Source: Candidatus Uhrbacteria bacterium (lineage in GTDB: Bacteria; Patescibacteriota; Patescibacteriia; UBA9934). Taken from it: a DNA stretch of 64,000 nt. Positions 19,643-28,545 of the stretch are shown piece after piece (position 1 is the first letter of the stretch; each line of letters opens with the position of its first letter). The translations under genes were made by a program, and so were the position numbers. A model generated the notes under the pieces. That model saw only the letters and a program-made list of their open reading frames with translations, searched no databases and was not told the origin of the DNA. The stretch is taken from NCBI GenBank assembly GCA_943354605.1, contig CALRCK010000004.1, positions 23,584 through 87,583 of the forward strand, given 5' to 3'.

Positions 19643-19741
19643 GTCATGTTGAGCGAAGCGAAACATCTCCGTAGGGAGAACTGATAACCTGCGAGAGATG
19701 CTTACCCCTCCGGGGCACAAGTCGCCTTCGCTCAGCATGAC
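19643..19741. repeat. Structured inverted-repeat element (family 2, copy B)
   Basis: Outer inverted repeat gtcatgttgagcgaagcgaaac / gtcgccttcgctcagcatgac. Inner hairpin tctccGTAgggaga. Core cccctccggggcacaagtcgccttcgctca, shared with the copy at 5482-5510. Confidence 0.45.
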
Positions 19742-19764
19742 TGAAAAAACATACGCATACGTCT

Positions 19765-20235
19765 ATGTCTCGACCAGTCCTCCACAATCCAGATCCGCAA
19801 CTTCGCATCAAAAGCGAAGAGGTTTCGGCTGAGCGTATCAATACGCCCGAGATGAAGCTGCTCATCAAGGAGCTGAAGGAAACCATGCGCAAGGAAAATG
19901 GTGTCGGTATTGCGGCGCCGCAAATTGGTGTGCACGACCGCGTCATCATCGCCGAAATCGATTCTATCGCCACCGCATTCATCAATCCGGTCATTTCGAA
20001 TCGCTCCTTCCGCATGATCGACAGCGAAGAAGGGTGCCTTTCCGTTCCTGGCATGTGGGGCACCGTGAAGCGTCATCGCTCTGTCACCGTCACCGCGCTC
20101 GATGAAGAAGGCAACGAAGTCGTCCTCAAGCCCCAAGGATTCGATGCGACGATTTTTCAGCACGAAGTCGATCACTTGGACGGCATTTTGTTCATCGACC
20201 ATACGAAAGACCTTGAGCAAGCAGCGCGCCTCTAA
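19765..20235 (+). CDS. def: Peptide deformylase
   Basis: Motifs GIAAPQIG, EGCLSVPG and HEVDHLDG. Confidence 0.9.
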   Translation: MSRPVLHNPDPQLRIKSEEVSAERINTPEMKLLIKELKETMRKENGVGIAAPQIGVHDRVIIAEIDSIATAFINPVISNRSFRMIDSEEGCLSVPGMWGTVKRHRSVTVTALDEEGNEVVLKPQGFDATIFQHEVDHLDGILFIDHTKDLEQAARL

Positions 20236-20238
20236 TCT

Positions 20239-21156
20239 ATGCGTGTTGTTTTCTTTGGCACTCCAGCACTCGCGCGATCCATTCTTGAAGCCCTTGTTGC
20301 TGACACGGAAATCGACGTGGTTGGTGTAATCTGCCAGCCCGACGAACCGGTGGGACGAAAGGCCATCCTCACCGCGCCGCCAACGAAACAGTTCGCGATC
20401 GAACATGCAATTCCCGTCTTTCAACCAACAAAACTCAAGGACGAAACATTTCTCTCCATGCTCGATGCGTTACATGCCGATGTTGCTGTTGTACTTGCGT
20501 ACGGCCGCATTCTGCCGCAAATTCTTTTAGATCGCATCCCCGGTGGATTCATCAACGTACATCCGTCGCTTTTACCAAAATATCGTGGACCGTCACCGAT
20601 TCAAGCCGCGATTCTCGCGGGAGATTCTGTGACCGGAGTCTCGATCATGAAGCTCGACGCAGGAATGGACACCGGTCCGCTTCTCGCACAATCCAAAATC
20701 GATCTCGCCGACGATGAGACATCGGAGACGCTGACAAAGAACGTCATCGATCTCAGCGCACCGCTCCTGATCGAAACACTCAAGGGCTACATGGCCGAAA
20801 CCATCTCGCCGATCCCGCAGAGCGCTGAAGGAGTTTCAATCTGCAAACTCCTCGACCGCGCAGATGGAAAAATCAACTGGACAGAACCCGCCGACGTCAT
20901 CGACCGCAAAGTGCGTGCGCTGACGCCGTGGCCAGGCACATCAACAACATGGGTGATTGGTGGAAAGGAAATCGGAGTAAAGATTTTGAAAACACGCCGC
21001 ACGGAATTGGACTCGCACGAAGTCGGCGTTCCTCGATCTGAATTCGGAAAACTCGTCGTCGATTCCGCAAACGGCACGCTGGAAATTCTTGAACTTCAAC
21101 CCGCCGGTGGCAAGGCAATGTCTGGCGCAGATTTTGTACGTGGATATTTGAAATAA
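20239..21156 (+). CDS. fmt: Methionyl-tRNA formyltransferase
   Basis: Formyltransferase N-domain (VVFFGTP...INVHPSLLPKYRG) plus C-terminal domain. Lies directly after def. Confidence 0.9.
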   Translation: MRVVFFGTPALARSILEALVADTEIDVVGVICQPDEPVGRKAILTAPPTKQFAIEHAIPVFQPTKLKDETFLSMLDALHADVAVVLAYGRILPQILLDRIPGGFINVHPSLLPKYRGPSPIQAAILAGDSVTGVSIMKLDAGMDTGPLLAQSKIDLADDETSETLTKNVIDLSAPLLIETLKGYMAETISPIPQSAEGVSICKLLDRADGKINWTEPADVIDRKVRALTPWPGTSTTWVIGGKEIGVKILKTRRTELDSHEVGVPRSEFGKLVVDSANGTLEILELQPAGGKAMSGADFVRGYLK

Positions 21157-21203
21157 TGCCGCAAATGACGTAGAGTTCCTCGGCAACCCCACCGGAGCCC
21201 ACC

Positions 21204-21614
21204 ATGTTCCTGCCCCTGTTCTTCATCACCTCAGCCGCTCTCGCCGCCTTCGAGCCCTGCAAGCTCTCCGCACTGGAGCTCGATCTCCCGCTGTACGTCC
21301 GCATCAGCCAAACCCTGGCGGCGAACGGCATGACGAACACGTCGGTGCTGTACGCCACGGCACCGGACCCGATGTTCGAGAACGACGCGCCCATCGAATT
21401 CCGCTTCGTCCCGAGTATCCTCCCCGTACTGACGCTCGTCGTCACTCACCGGGAACCCATCGCGGTGAGTGACGGCCCGGTGACGATCGCGGCAATCTCC
21501 GACGAATTCGTCGTGGATCTCCACGGCGACGTGAAGGGCGGCCAGTCGTGCGAGGTGCGCCTCGAGATGGCCAACCAGGCGCTAGAGGAGATGCACCAAG
21601 CCTACGGGTTCTGA
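21204..21614 (+). CDS. Hypothetical secreted protein (high-GC island 2)
   Basis: Signal-like N-terminus MFLPLFFITSAALAAFEPC. GC3-rich, about 65% GC. A terminator-like hairpin follows at about 21649-21686. Confidence 0.35.
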   Translation: MFLPLFFITSAALAAFEPCKLSALELDLPLYVRISQTLAANGMTNTSVLYATAPDPMFENDAPIEFRFVPSILPVLTLVVTHREPIAVSDGPVTIAAISDEFVVDLHGDVKGGQSCEVRLEMANQALEEMHQAYGF

Positions 21615-21784
21615 CAGGCCCGAAGGCAACCACGAAACACGAACGATCCTCACCCACGCACAGCGGCCCTCCCTGGTCGCTGTTGTCGTTTTTCATCGCT
21701 GCCAAAATTCGACTTTAACCCTTCGCGTCGAAGCCGAAGCTTAGCTTAGGCGGGAATCAACATGAGTCAAAACTCGGTTTTGAC

Positions 21785-23374
21785 CTATTGCTCTCGAATT
21801 GTTGCCGCCTTCTGCATCGGAGTGATCGCCGGTGAGGGAAGACGGCCTTTAAGCGATTCCATGGTCGGCAGCGGCTTGTCGCGCCACACGAAAAATGGGA
21901 GGACGAAAATCATGAACCCAAGGCCAATCGGATGGTTGAGGTACGGCGAGAAAATGTGCGAAGCGTACAGCGCAATCACACCACACACCATACTGATCGA
22001 CAGCCATCGCGTCTCCTCGCGCTCAACGACCGATCGATACCCGGCGCGGAGAATCGTAAACAGATAAAAACCAAATGCGAGCAAACCTGGAACACCCATT
22101 TTCAGCCAGATGTCTTGGTAGCCCCACTCAAATCGATACGTCGTGTATTCACCAGTGCCGTTCGCTGCGCGGATACGAGGATCGTCGGAAATATACGTTA
22201 CCGTTGTACCAAAACCGCTCCCCCACAACGGATTCTCGCCAATCTTCTCCATCATTGGCCCGATAAGGTTCCATCGGCTCGACACGGCTAAGTCGCGCGT
22301 GTCGTCGTTCTGTCCTTTGTAATACGGACTATTCGTTAAATCCGGCCGCGGTGGAATCGGCAACACCACCAACACCCACAAACTCAACATCGCAACACAC
22401 AGCGCTATCGCTCCCGTTGCTTTCACGCGAAGAATTTCCTTGATCGAAATTCGATTCCACACAATCACGATCGCCATAATTCCGACCGCGGCCACAAGCC
22501 CGAGCCAAAAGCTTCGCGATTGTCCGGAAATATCGACCGCAATCATCAACGCCAACGGCACAATCAACGCCTTTCGTTCGCGCCACTCTTTCGCCACAAA
22601 TACCGTGGCAGCAATCAATAGCAGCGTAAACATCATCACGGAAAATTGCCCCTGCTCAAACACACGGAAATACCACGGACCATTTGGAAGTAAGCCTACA
22701 AGCCACGCCGGGTTGGAAAGAATCGTCACCTCCGCCAATCGCGCATCACGAACAAACCCATACACGGCCCAAATGCCTTCAACCGGAAGATGCGTGAACA
22801 AATAGAGAAGCGATAATGACGACGCAGCGACCCATGTTGCACCAAGCGCGAAGGTCCATAGCAACACGCGCTTTGCCTCCGGCGTCCACGCAATCATTGC
22901 CACCGGCAAAAGATACGCAAACGTCGCGTAACCGTTCATATCATCAAACGCGGCGCCGAAACTGTTTCGCGCAAATCCGGAAATGGTTCCGAGCGCGATA
23001 GCGCCGGCAAGAAACACAAATGGAAGGTCGCGTTCCGCAACAAATCGCGGACGAACATGTTTCACGACAATGTGATACAACGTGCCGAGCATGATGGAGA
23101 GAAAAATACCCTGACGAATACCCAGTGTCGTTCCGCCGATCGTAACGTCGATGAGGTGGCCATGACCACCGACGAAAATCTCGAGCATCGCAAAGGCCAA
23201 ACCCCACAACAGCGATCGTTTCGTCACAATCAACGCCGCAACAACAATCACCACGAACGGAATCGCACTCCACACCGTGTGTTGCGTAAGCCACGCCGCT
23301 GCATGCACAAGAAGAAGTACACCGATTCCGTACAATGTCTTGCGATCGAAGAATTGCTTCAGGATTGGAATCAT
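21785..23374 (-). CDS. O-antigen ligase/polymerase (Wzy/WaaL)-like polytopic membrane protein
   Basis: At least 10 TM helices with a large periplasmic loop. Start trimmed to MIPILKQFF so it abuts the upstream glycosyltransferase. Confidence 0.5.
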   Translation of the reverse strand: MIPILKQFFDRKTLYGIGVLLLVHAAAWLTQHTVWSAIPFVVIVVAALIVTKRSLLWGLAFAMLEIFVGGHGHLIDVTIGGTTLGIRQGIFLSIMLGTLYHIVVKHVRPRFVAERDLPFVFLAGAIALGTISGFARNSFGAAFDDMNGYATFAYLLPVAMIAWTPEAKRVLLWTFALGATWVAASSLSLLYLFTHLPVEGIWAVYGFVRDARLAEVTILSNPAWLVGLLPNGPWYFRVFEQGQFSVMMFTLLLIAATVFVAKEWRERKALIVPLALMIAVDISGQSRSFWLGLVAAVGIMAIVIVWNRISIKEILRVKATGAIALCVAMLSLWVLVVLPIPPRPDLTNSPYYKGQNDDTRDLAVSSRWNLIGPMMEKIGENPLWGSGFGTTVTYISDDPRIRAANGTGEYTTYRFEWGYQDIWLKMGVPGLLAFGFYLFTILRAGYRSVVEREETRWLSISMVCGVIALYASHIFSPYLNHPIGLGFMIFVLPFFVWRDKPLPTMESLKGRLPSPAITPMQKAATIREQ

Positions 23375-23378
23375 AGGT

Positions 23379-25208
23379 TTAAAAATGATGCTTTTTGAGG
23401 ATCGCCTCACGCGCTTCCCGATATTTCCGTACGCGTTCTGGCTCCCATCCCAAATATTTCCAGGGGAGTCGATACATGAACGACGGCAACCACGACGACC
23501 CGATGCGCGATTCGCCATCAATCAACACATCGCACCACACGCCAGGAACAAGGACTCCGATATTGTGTTGTTCCAACATCGTGAGCCACACATCCCAATC
23601 TTGAAATCGCCGAATTGCCGGATCGAATCCCGGAAAATCCTTTCGTCGAACGAGCGATGTGGTGTGAATAAAATTCATCTTGCGTAATCGATCGCCGGAG
23701 AATGGAACGCCACGAAACACTTTCCAACCGAATTTGAATCCGCCGTACGCATAACTCGCCTCTGGGTGAACGATAAGATGCTGGACAAATGATTCAATCA
23801 TCCCCGGCTTCATCACGACATCCGCATCGCAGAACATGACGAACTCCCCTCTTGCTTCAGCGAGCCCACGGTTTCGCGCCGGATTCGCTCCAGCATTTTC
23901 CTGACGAATGACGTGGATATTCCCATCGAATTTCGCGAGAACCTCGGCGGTATTATCCGTTGAACCGTCATTAACTACGATGATCTCGATCGGTGAGTAC
24001 GTCTGACCGAGCACCGATTCAATACAGCGCCCGATGGTATTCGCGTGTTGGTAGGTTGGGATAACAACAGAGACCAACGCCGATTCGCGCATGGAAGGGG
24101 TCAGGTCGTTTATTGTCGTGTTTTGAAAAACCGACATTGTTTTTTCTCTCGTAAACTCCGCAATCACTCGCTCACGTCCGTCTCGACCAAGCTGATGACG
24201 CAGCGATTCGTCATTTGCGAGATCTACGATCGCCTTTGCAAGATCAGGAATCGTGTCATCGATGAGCAAACCGGTTCGTCCTTGAACGACCGCCTCATCA
24301 ACACCCGGCTGATTCGTAGCAATGACAGGAAGACCAAAGAGGGCGGCCTCGAGCGCAACAATACCAAATCCTTCGCGATCGTCGGTCGATTTCGTTGACG
24401 GCATCAAAAAGATGTCGTGCGTTGCGTACACTTCTGGAAGTTTTCCATCAGAGACGTGTTGCAGGATCGTTACGCGAGATTCAAGGTCGAGCGCCTTAAT
24501 CGCGTCGAGGATTTCCTTGCGCATCGGCCCGTCGCCAACAATCGTGTATGTCGAGTTCGGAATCGACTTCATCGTTTCAAGAACTTTCACATGGCCTTTC
24601 CGGGAAACAAGACGGCCGACGGTGAGTAATCTCGCCCCCCTCCGACTCCCCCCATAAATGGGGGGAGAGAATTCGCTGAGTGGCTCCCCTCCATTTACTT
24701 TTCCCCGGATGGGGATGGAGGGGCCGGGGGAGGCTTCTCGCGAGCCGACAAGAACATCTGCGGCCTCAACGAACTCATCGGCAACACACGGATACATCAC
24801 CAAACACGGTCGGTGCGCGAATGCGGTAATTTCGCTTGCGAGCGATTGCGAATTTGCGAAAACGCGACGTGCAAAAAACAACACAACCCTCATCACGAAT
24901 CGTTTTCGAGGAACCGATCGTGCGGCATCAAAATCAAGGCCGTGCAGCATGACGTCGTACGGTTTTCCCGTCATCAATCGGAATGCGAACGCTGCGGTTC
25001 CAATCGGCAACACGTGGCTCGTGAGCAAGACGTCGAAATCTTTTCGTCGATTCCAAAAGTTGCGAATCATTTCTCGGTACGCCGGAAATGATTTCCAGAT
25101 GAGCGGCGTGATCGATTCGGGAAATGTTGAAACAAGCGCAGAGCAATAGCGCGCGACTCCTCCCCGCTTTGGCGGGTAATCAGGCGTTGGAAGCAGGAAT
25201 CGCTCCAT
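23379..25208 (-). CDS. Bifunctional glycosyltransferase (N-terminal GT4 + C-terminal GT2), carrying an in-frame repeat insertion
   Basis: GT4 block (..VGRLVSRKGH..EGFGIVALEAALFGLPVIATN..) followed by a GT2 block (VSVVIPTYQHANTIGRCIESVLGQTYSPIEIIVVNDGSTDNT). The inter-domain linker carries the element-encoded peptide ..PSIPIRGKVNGGEPLSEFSPPIYGGS.. Confidence 0.7.
   Translation of the reverse strand: MERFLLPTPDYPPKRGGVARYCSALVSTFPESITPLIWKSFPAYREMIRNFWNRRKDFDVLLTSHVLPIGTAAFAFRLMTGKPYDVMLHGLDFDAARSVPRKRFVMRVVLFFARRVFANSQSLASEITAFAHRPCLVMYPCVADEFVEAADVLVGSREASPGPSIPIRGKVNGGEPLSEFSPPIYGGSRRGARLLTVGRLVSRKGHVKVLETMKSIPNSTYTIVGDGPMRKEILDAIKALDLESRVTILQHVSDGKLPEVYATHDIFLMPSTKSTDDREGFGIVALEAALFGLPVIATNQPGVDEAVVQGRTGLLIDDTIPDLAKAIVDLANDESLRHQLGRDGRERVIAEFTREKTMSVFQNTTINDLTPSMRESALVSVVIPTYQHANTIGRCIESVLGQTYSPIEIIVVNDGSTDNTAEVLAKFDGNIHVIRQENAGANPARNRGLAEARGEFVMFCDADVVMKPGMIESFVQHLIVHPEASYAYGGFKFGWKVFRGVPFSGDRLRKMNFIHTTSLVRRKDFPGFDPAIRRFQDWDVWLTMLEQHNIGVLVPGVWCDVLIDGESRIGSSWLPSFMYRLPWKYLGWEPERVRKYREAREAILKKHHF
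24635..24726. repeat. GC-rich two-module palindromic element inserted in-frame (copy 1, in the GT4-GT2 gene)
   Basis: Module A cctccgactccccccATAAATggggggagag. Module B cccctccatttacttttccccggatggggatggagggg. The host ORF stays open across it. Confidence 0.7.
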
Positions 25209-26637
25209 AGGATCTTCGAAGGATCAATGTTTTGACGTGCACCCAATGCTTCTTCGTCAGCGATCGTGTCCCGATCGACACGCTCACGAATACGATCGCT
25301 CCAATCGGAACCGTCGCAATCCACGGCACGATCGATTTCAGCACAAGCACAACAACCATCATCACAAATCCCGCAAGGATAAATCCGCCAACGGTCCGAA
25401 TCCATTCACCGATGGTGACGTGAATCTTCCGTCGCAATGCCCACACGCCCATCAGGAACATGGATGTGAAGCTGATCATCGCAGCAATGCTCGCGCCAGG
25501 AATACCAATCCACGGAATGAGTATCATGTTCGCTGCGAAGTTGATGAGCATCGTCGCGCCCATAATTTTTGTCTTGGTCATTTGATGCCCCGTCGCGTTC
25601 AGCAACGAGCCAACAGGAAAATCGAAGAAGATCGGGACGAGAACGAAGATCAAAATCAATAGCGGTGTGATCGATCCGGCGTAGTCGGAGCCATACACGG
25701 TATGAACGATTTCAGGTGCGAGTGCGGCAATGCCAAACACAATCGGCGCCATCAACATCGCAAGGTACCATTCGGCGTCAAGAAATGTCTTCTTGAGATC
25801 GACGGGATTATTCGCCAGCGACGACATGCGCGGATACAACGCACCAATAAATGCCAATGGGAGGAACTGAAATGCGTACGTTAATTTGTACGCCACGCTG
25901 TACAGGCCAACCGCAGAATCGCCGATGACCGATTTCAACGTGAATGAATCGACGTACGAGTAAATCTTCACGAAAACTGCGGCAAGAAAAAATGGAAACG
26001 CCGCAGTTAGAACCGGTCGAACATTCTTCGAACTCGGCACCATTGATCGCACGCCAAGCCGACGGACAACTTGAACGCCGGAAAAAATTGCATTCCAAAT
26101 GCTTCCAGTAGCGAGGGCGATAATCAACAGCGCGATCGATTTCATCGGTGAAAAGACGACGAGAAGTCCGACGATGCTCGACAGCGATTGGCCAACAAAG
26201 ATTCCAAGAGATTCATAACGCAGCTCCTCCATTCCCCGAAGCACGCCGTAGAACGTGAGCGACAACGAATCCGCAATCATGATGGGAATCGCAAGCCAGA
26301 TGAGGACGATGTTGGACGAATCAAAACCGAGGACGGTTGGAAACGCGACCGCGATAATGATTGCCAAAAGAATTGCGATCCATTTTACACCGAGTGTTTT
26401 CTGCAAAATCGATCGAGCCTCAGATCGATTGGCGGCAACATCACGAATAAGCACGGACGTCACGCCAAGATCGGCAAACACGGCAACAGAGGTAATGACC
26501 GCAAGGGTTAAAAAGTACACGCCGGTGTCGGTTACACCTAAAAATCGCGCCAAAATCGCAAAGTACACAAACGCAACAATCTTCTGCAGAATGCTCGCGC
26601 CAGTAAGAAATGCCGTGTTTTTCGCCAAAGTCGACAC
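25180..26637 (-). CDS. Wzx-type polysaccharide flippase (MOP/PST family)
   Basis: 485 aa, roughly 12-14 TM helices, N-terminus MSTLAKNTAFLTGASILQKIVAFVYFAILARFLG typical of PST flippases. Confidence 0.7.
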   Translation of the reverse strand: MSTLAKNTAFLTGASILQKIVAFVYFAILARFLGVTDTGVYFLTLAVITSVAVFADLGVTSVLIRDVAANRSEARSILQKTLGVKWIAILLAIIIAVAFPTVLGFDSSNIVLIWLAIPIMIADSLSLTFYGVLRGMEELRYESLGIFVGQSLSSIVGLLVVFSPMKSIALLIIALATGSIWNAIFSGVQVVRRLGVRSMVPSSKNVRPVLTAAFPFFLAAVFVKIYSYVDSFTLKSVIGDSAVGLYSVAYKLTYAFQFLPLAFIGALYPRMSSLANNPVDLKKTFLDAEWYLAMLMAPIVFGIAALAPEIVHTVYGSDYAGSITPLLILIFVLVPIFFDFPVGSLLNATGHQMTKTKIMGATMLINFAANMILIPWIGIPGASIAAMISFTSMFLMGVWALRRKIHVTIGEWIRTVGGFILAGFVMMVVVLVLKSIVPWIATVPIGAIVFVSVSIGTRSLTKKHWVHVKTLILRRSYGAIPASNA

Positions 26638-26835
26638 AGCCCCATTCTACGCCGATTTTCAAGGGTTTGAAAGTGATGGATTCAGGTTGTTACGTGTTAT
26701 TTTTCTCCTCTTCTCAAAGAAATCGGACGGGCCATATCAAATATCCCTACTGCTAGTGTCGCAAAACGTATGCTTCGAGATCGTAAAGCCACCATCGGCG
26801 CAGCCCCTTCCGGAGCCGCGCCGATGCGTCGTTCG

Positions 26836-27081
26836 TCACGCGTACGTCCCAACAACGGCCGCACCAAGGACCAACACCACCGGAACACTGAACGCAGTCC
26901 AGAGCGTCCAGGACTGGCGCCACGTCATCGACGGCTTGGCATTCAACGCGAGCCGGATCGTGACGAACAGCCACCATGCGAAGGCGACAATCATCATCGC
27001 GAGCGGAAACAGCACCGCGAGCACCATCGCGAGCCCGATGATGCCGAACGGCAGCCAGTCGCCCTTTCCCATGCGCGGCAT
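26836..27081 (-). CDS. Small membrane protein (high-GC island 3, second gene)
   Basis: 81 aa with two TM helices. GC3-rich. Its start follows the upstream ORF stop by 1 nt. Confidence 0.3.
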   Translation of the reverse strand: MPRMGKGDWLPFGIIGLAMVLAVLFPLAMMIVAFAWWLFVTIRLALNAKPSMTWRQSWTLWTAFSVPVVLVLGAAVVGTYA

Positions 27082-27082
27082 C

Positions 27083-27304
27083 TCACCCCCCTCCCTTGAG
27101 CTTGGCGATCTCGTCGAGTTTGCTCATGATCGCCGTCGTCTCGTCCTCCCGTAGCGAGTAATGGAATACCAAGAGGAAAAGGGTAGCTGCGAATCCGAGC
27201 CACAGCCAGTTACCGGTGACGAAGGCGCAGATGATAAACGCCGTCACCGCAATCAGCGATCCACCAATGAAGATCAGCAGCTTGAATTCGTAAAGACACC
27301 CCAT
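27083..27304 (-). CDS. Small membrane protein (high-GC island 3, first gene)
   Basis: 73 aa with two TM helices. GC3-rich. Confidence 0.3.
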   Translation of the reverse strand: MGCLYEFKLLIFIGGSLIAVTAFIICAFVTGNWLWLGFAATLFLLVFHYSLREDETTAIMSKLDEIAKLKGGG

Positions 27305-27428
27305 CTCACACCCCGTAGAAGAAGTTGTTTTCCCCGCCGTGAGAATTCACAGGCGAGGACAAAAGCGTATCAGACTACTTGTAAAATACAAAACTCCGAC
27401 CCTTTCGGATCGGAGGATTGTTTTTTGA

Positions 27429-27827
27429 TTAACGCTTGCGCCACTGTGGTGAACGGCGGGCACCGCGCTTTCCGAACTTCTTACGCTCCTTCTTGCGAGG
27501 ATCGCGGGTCATGAGTCCAGCAGCCTTGAGCGCTGTCTTCAGTTCCGCTTCAGAAAGGACGAGTGCGCGAGCAATGCCGAGACGGGCTGCGTCGGCCTGG
27601 CCGATCGCTCCCCCACCACTGGTTTTAATCGTCACATCGAACTTTTCGGTTGCGCCGACTTCCGCCAACGGACGCTTCACCATGCGCTGCAGTTCAGCCG
27701 TTGGGAAGAACACATCGAATGGTTTGTCGTTCACCGTCATTTTGCCCGAACCCGATGGGTAGAGGCGAACTTGAGCGGTTGCAGTTTTACGGCGACCAAG
27801 CGCCTGAATGTATTTCGTGGTTGCCAT
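27429..27827 (-). CDS. rpsI: 30S ribosomal protein S9
   Basis: MATTKYIQALGRRKTATAQVRL...KFGKRGARRSPQWRKR. Start trimmed to the MATTKY Met. Confidence 0.9.
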   Translation of the reverse strand: MATTKYIQALGRRKTATAQVRLYPSGSGKMTVNDKPFDVFFPTAELQRMVKRPLAEVGATEKFDVTIKTSGGGAIGQADAARLGIARALVLSEAELKTALKAAGLMTRDPRKKERKKFGKRGARRSPQWRKR

Positions 27828-27829
27828 AA

Positions 27830-28189
27830 TTACTTGGAAATGGTGAGGCGAAGCATGCGTGCCGTGCGATGCTTGTTCTTTGGAAGCATGCGGCTGACGG
27901 CTGCACGAAGCACCTCGCGGGGATCCTTCTCCCACATCTGGCGCATCGTCTTCGTTTTCAGTCCCCCTGGGAACCCAGAGTGATGGTGATATTCCTTCTC
28001 CTCGTACTTCTTTCCCGTCACGAGAATTTTTTCACAATTCGTGACGATCACGTCGTCGCCAGCATCAACATTAGACTGGAAATTTGCGTTCGTCTTGCCC
28101 ATGAGGTGCATGGCAATATCGGTCGCAAGACGTCCGAGGATCTTCCCCGATGCGTCGACCGTGTATGTTTTGCGCGTAATGGTTGCCAT
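27830..28189 (-). CDS. rplM: 50S ribosomal protein L13
   Basis: MATITRKTYTVDASGKILGRLAT... Start trimmed to the MATITRK Met. Confidence 0.9.
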   Translation of the reverse strand: MATITRKTYTVDASGKILGRLATDIAMHLMGKTNANFQSNVDAGDDVIVTNCEKILVTGKKYEEKEYHHHSGFPGGLKTKTMRQMWEKDPREVLRAAVSRMLPKNKHRTARMLRLTISK

Positions 28190-28190
28190 A

Positions 28191-28544
28191 TTAGACGAAT
28201 TCAATAACAGCGACTTCTGCGGCGTCGCCCTGACGAATGCCCATCTTTGTGAGACGAGTATATCCGCCGTTGCGATCCTTGAAGCGTGGTCCGAGAACCT
28301 CGATGAGCTTCTTCACTGGTTGTTCCGTGCTGAAGTACGCCAAGAGTTGACGACGTGATGCGAGCGTGTTGGTTTTTGCAACCGTGATCATCTTTTCGAC
28401 GACGGGGCGGAAAACCTTTGCTTTGCCGGCGGTCACTTCAATGCGTTCGTACGTCACCATGGCGGTAACGAGATCGCGGATGAGCGCCTTGCGGGCCGAG
28501 GACTTTCGTCCAAGCGTTTTTGTAGTATTTCGGTGGCGCATACA
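28191..28544 (-). CDS. rplQ: 50S ribosomal protein L17
   Basis: MRHRNTTKTLGRKSSARKALIRDLV... Start trimmed to the MRHR Met. Confidence 0.9.
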   Translation of the reverse strand, partial: CMRHRNTTKTLGRKSSARKALIRDLVTAMVTYERIEVTAGKAKVFRPVVEKMITVAKTNTLASRRQLLAYFSTEQPVKKLIEVLGPRFKDRNGGYTRLTKMGIRQGDAAEVAVIEFV

Positions 28545-28545
28545 A

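Noticed and set aside
24635-24726. Intein, intron or programmed-frameshift explanation for the in-gene repeat copies
   Set aside because: The elements are too short (about 36-100 nt) for inteins or group I/II introns and lack their motifs. The host ORFs remain continuous, so simple in-frame insertion is the parsimonious reading.
26255-27154. 299-aa + strand ORF antisense to wzx and the island-3 small genes
   Set aside because: It is antisense to a clear PST-family flippase and has low-complexity composition.
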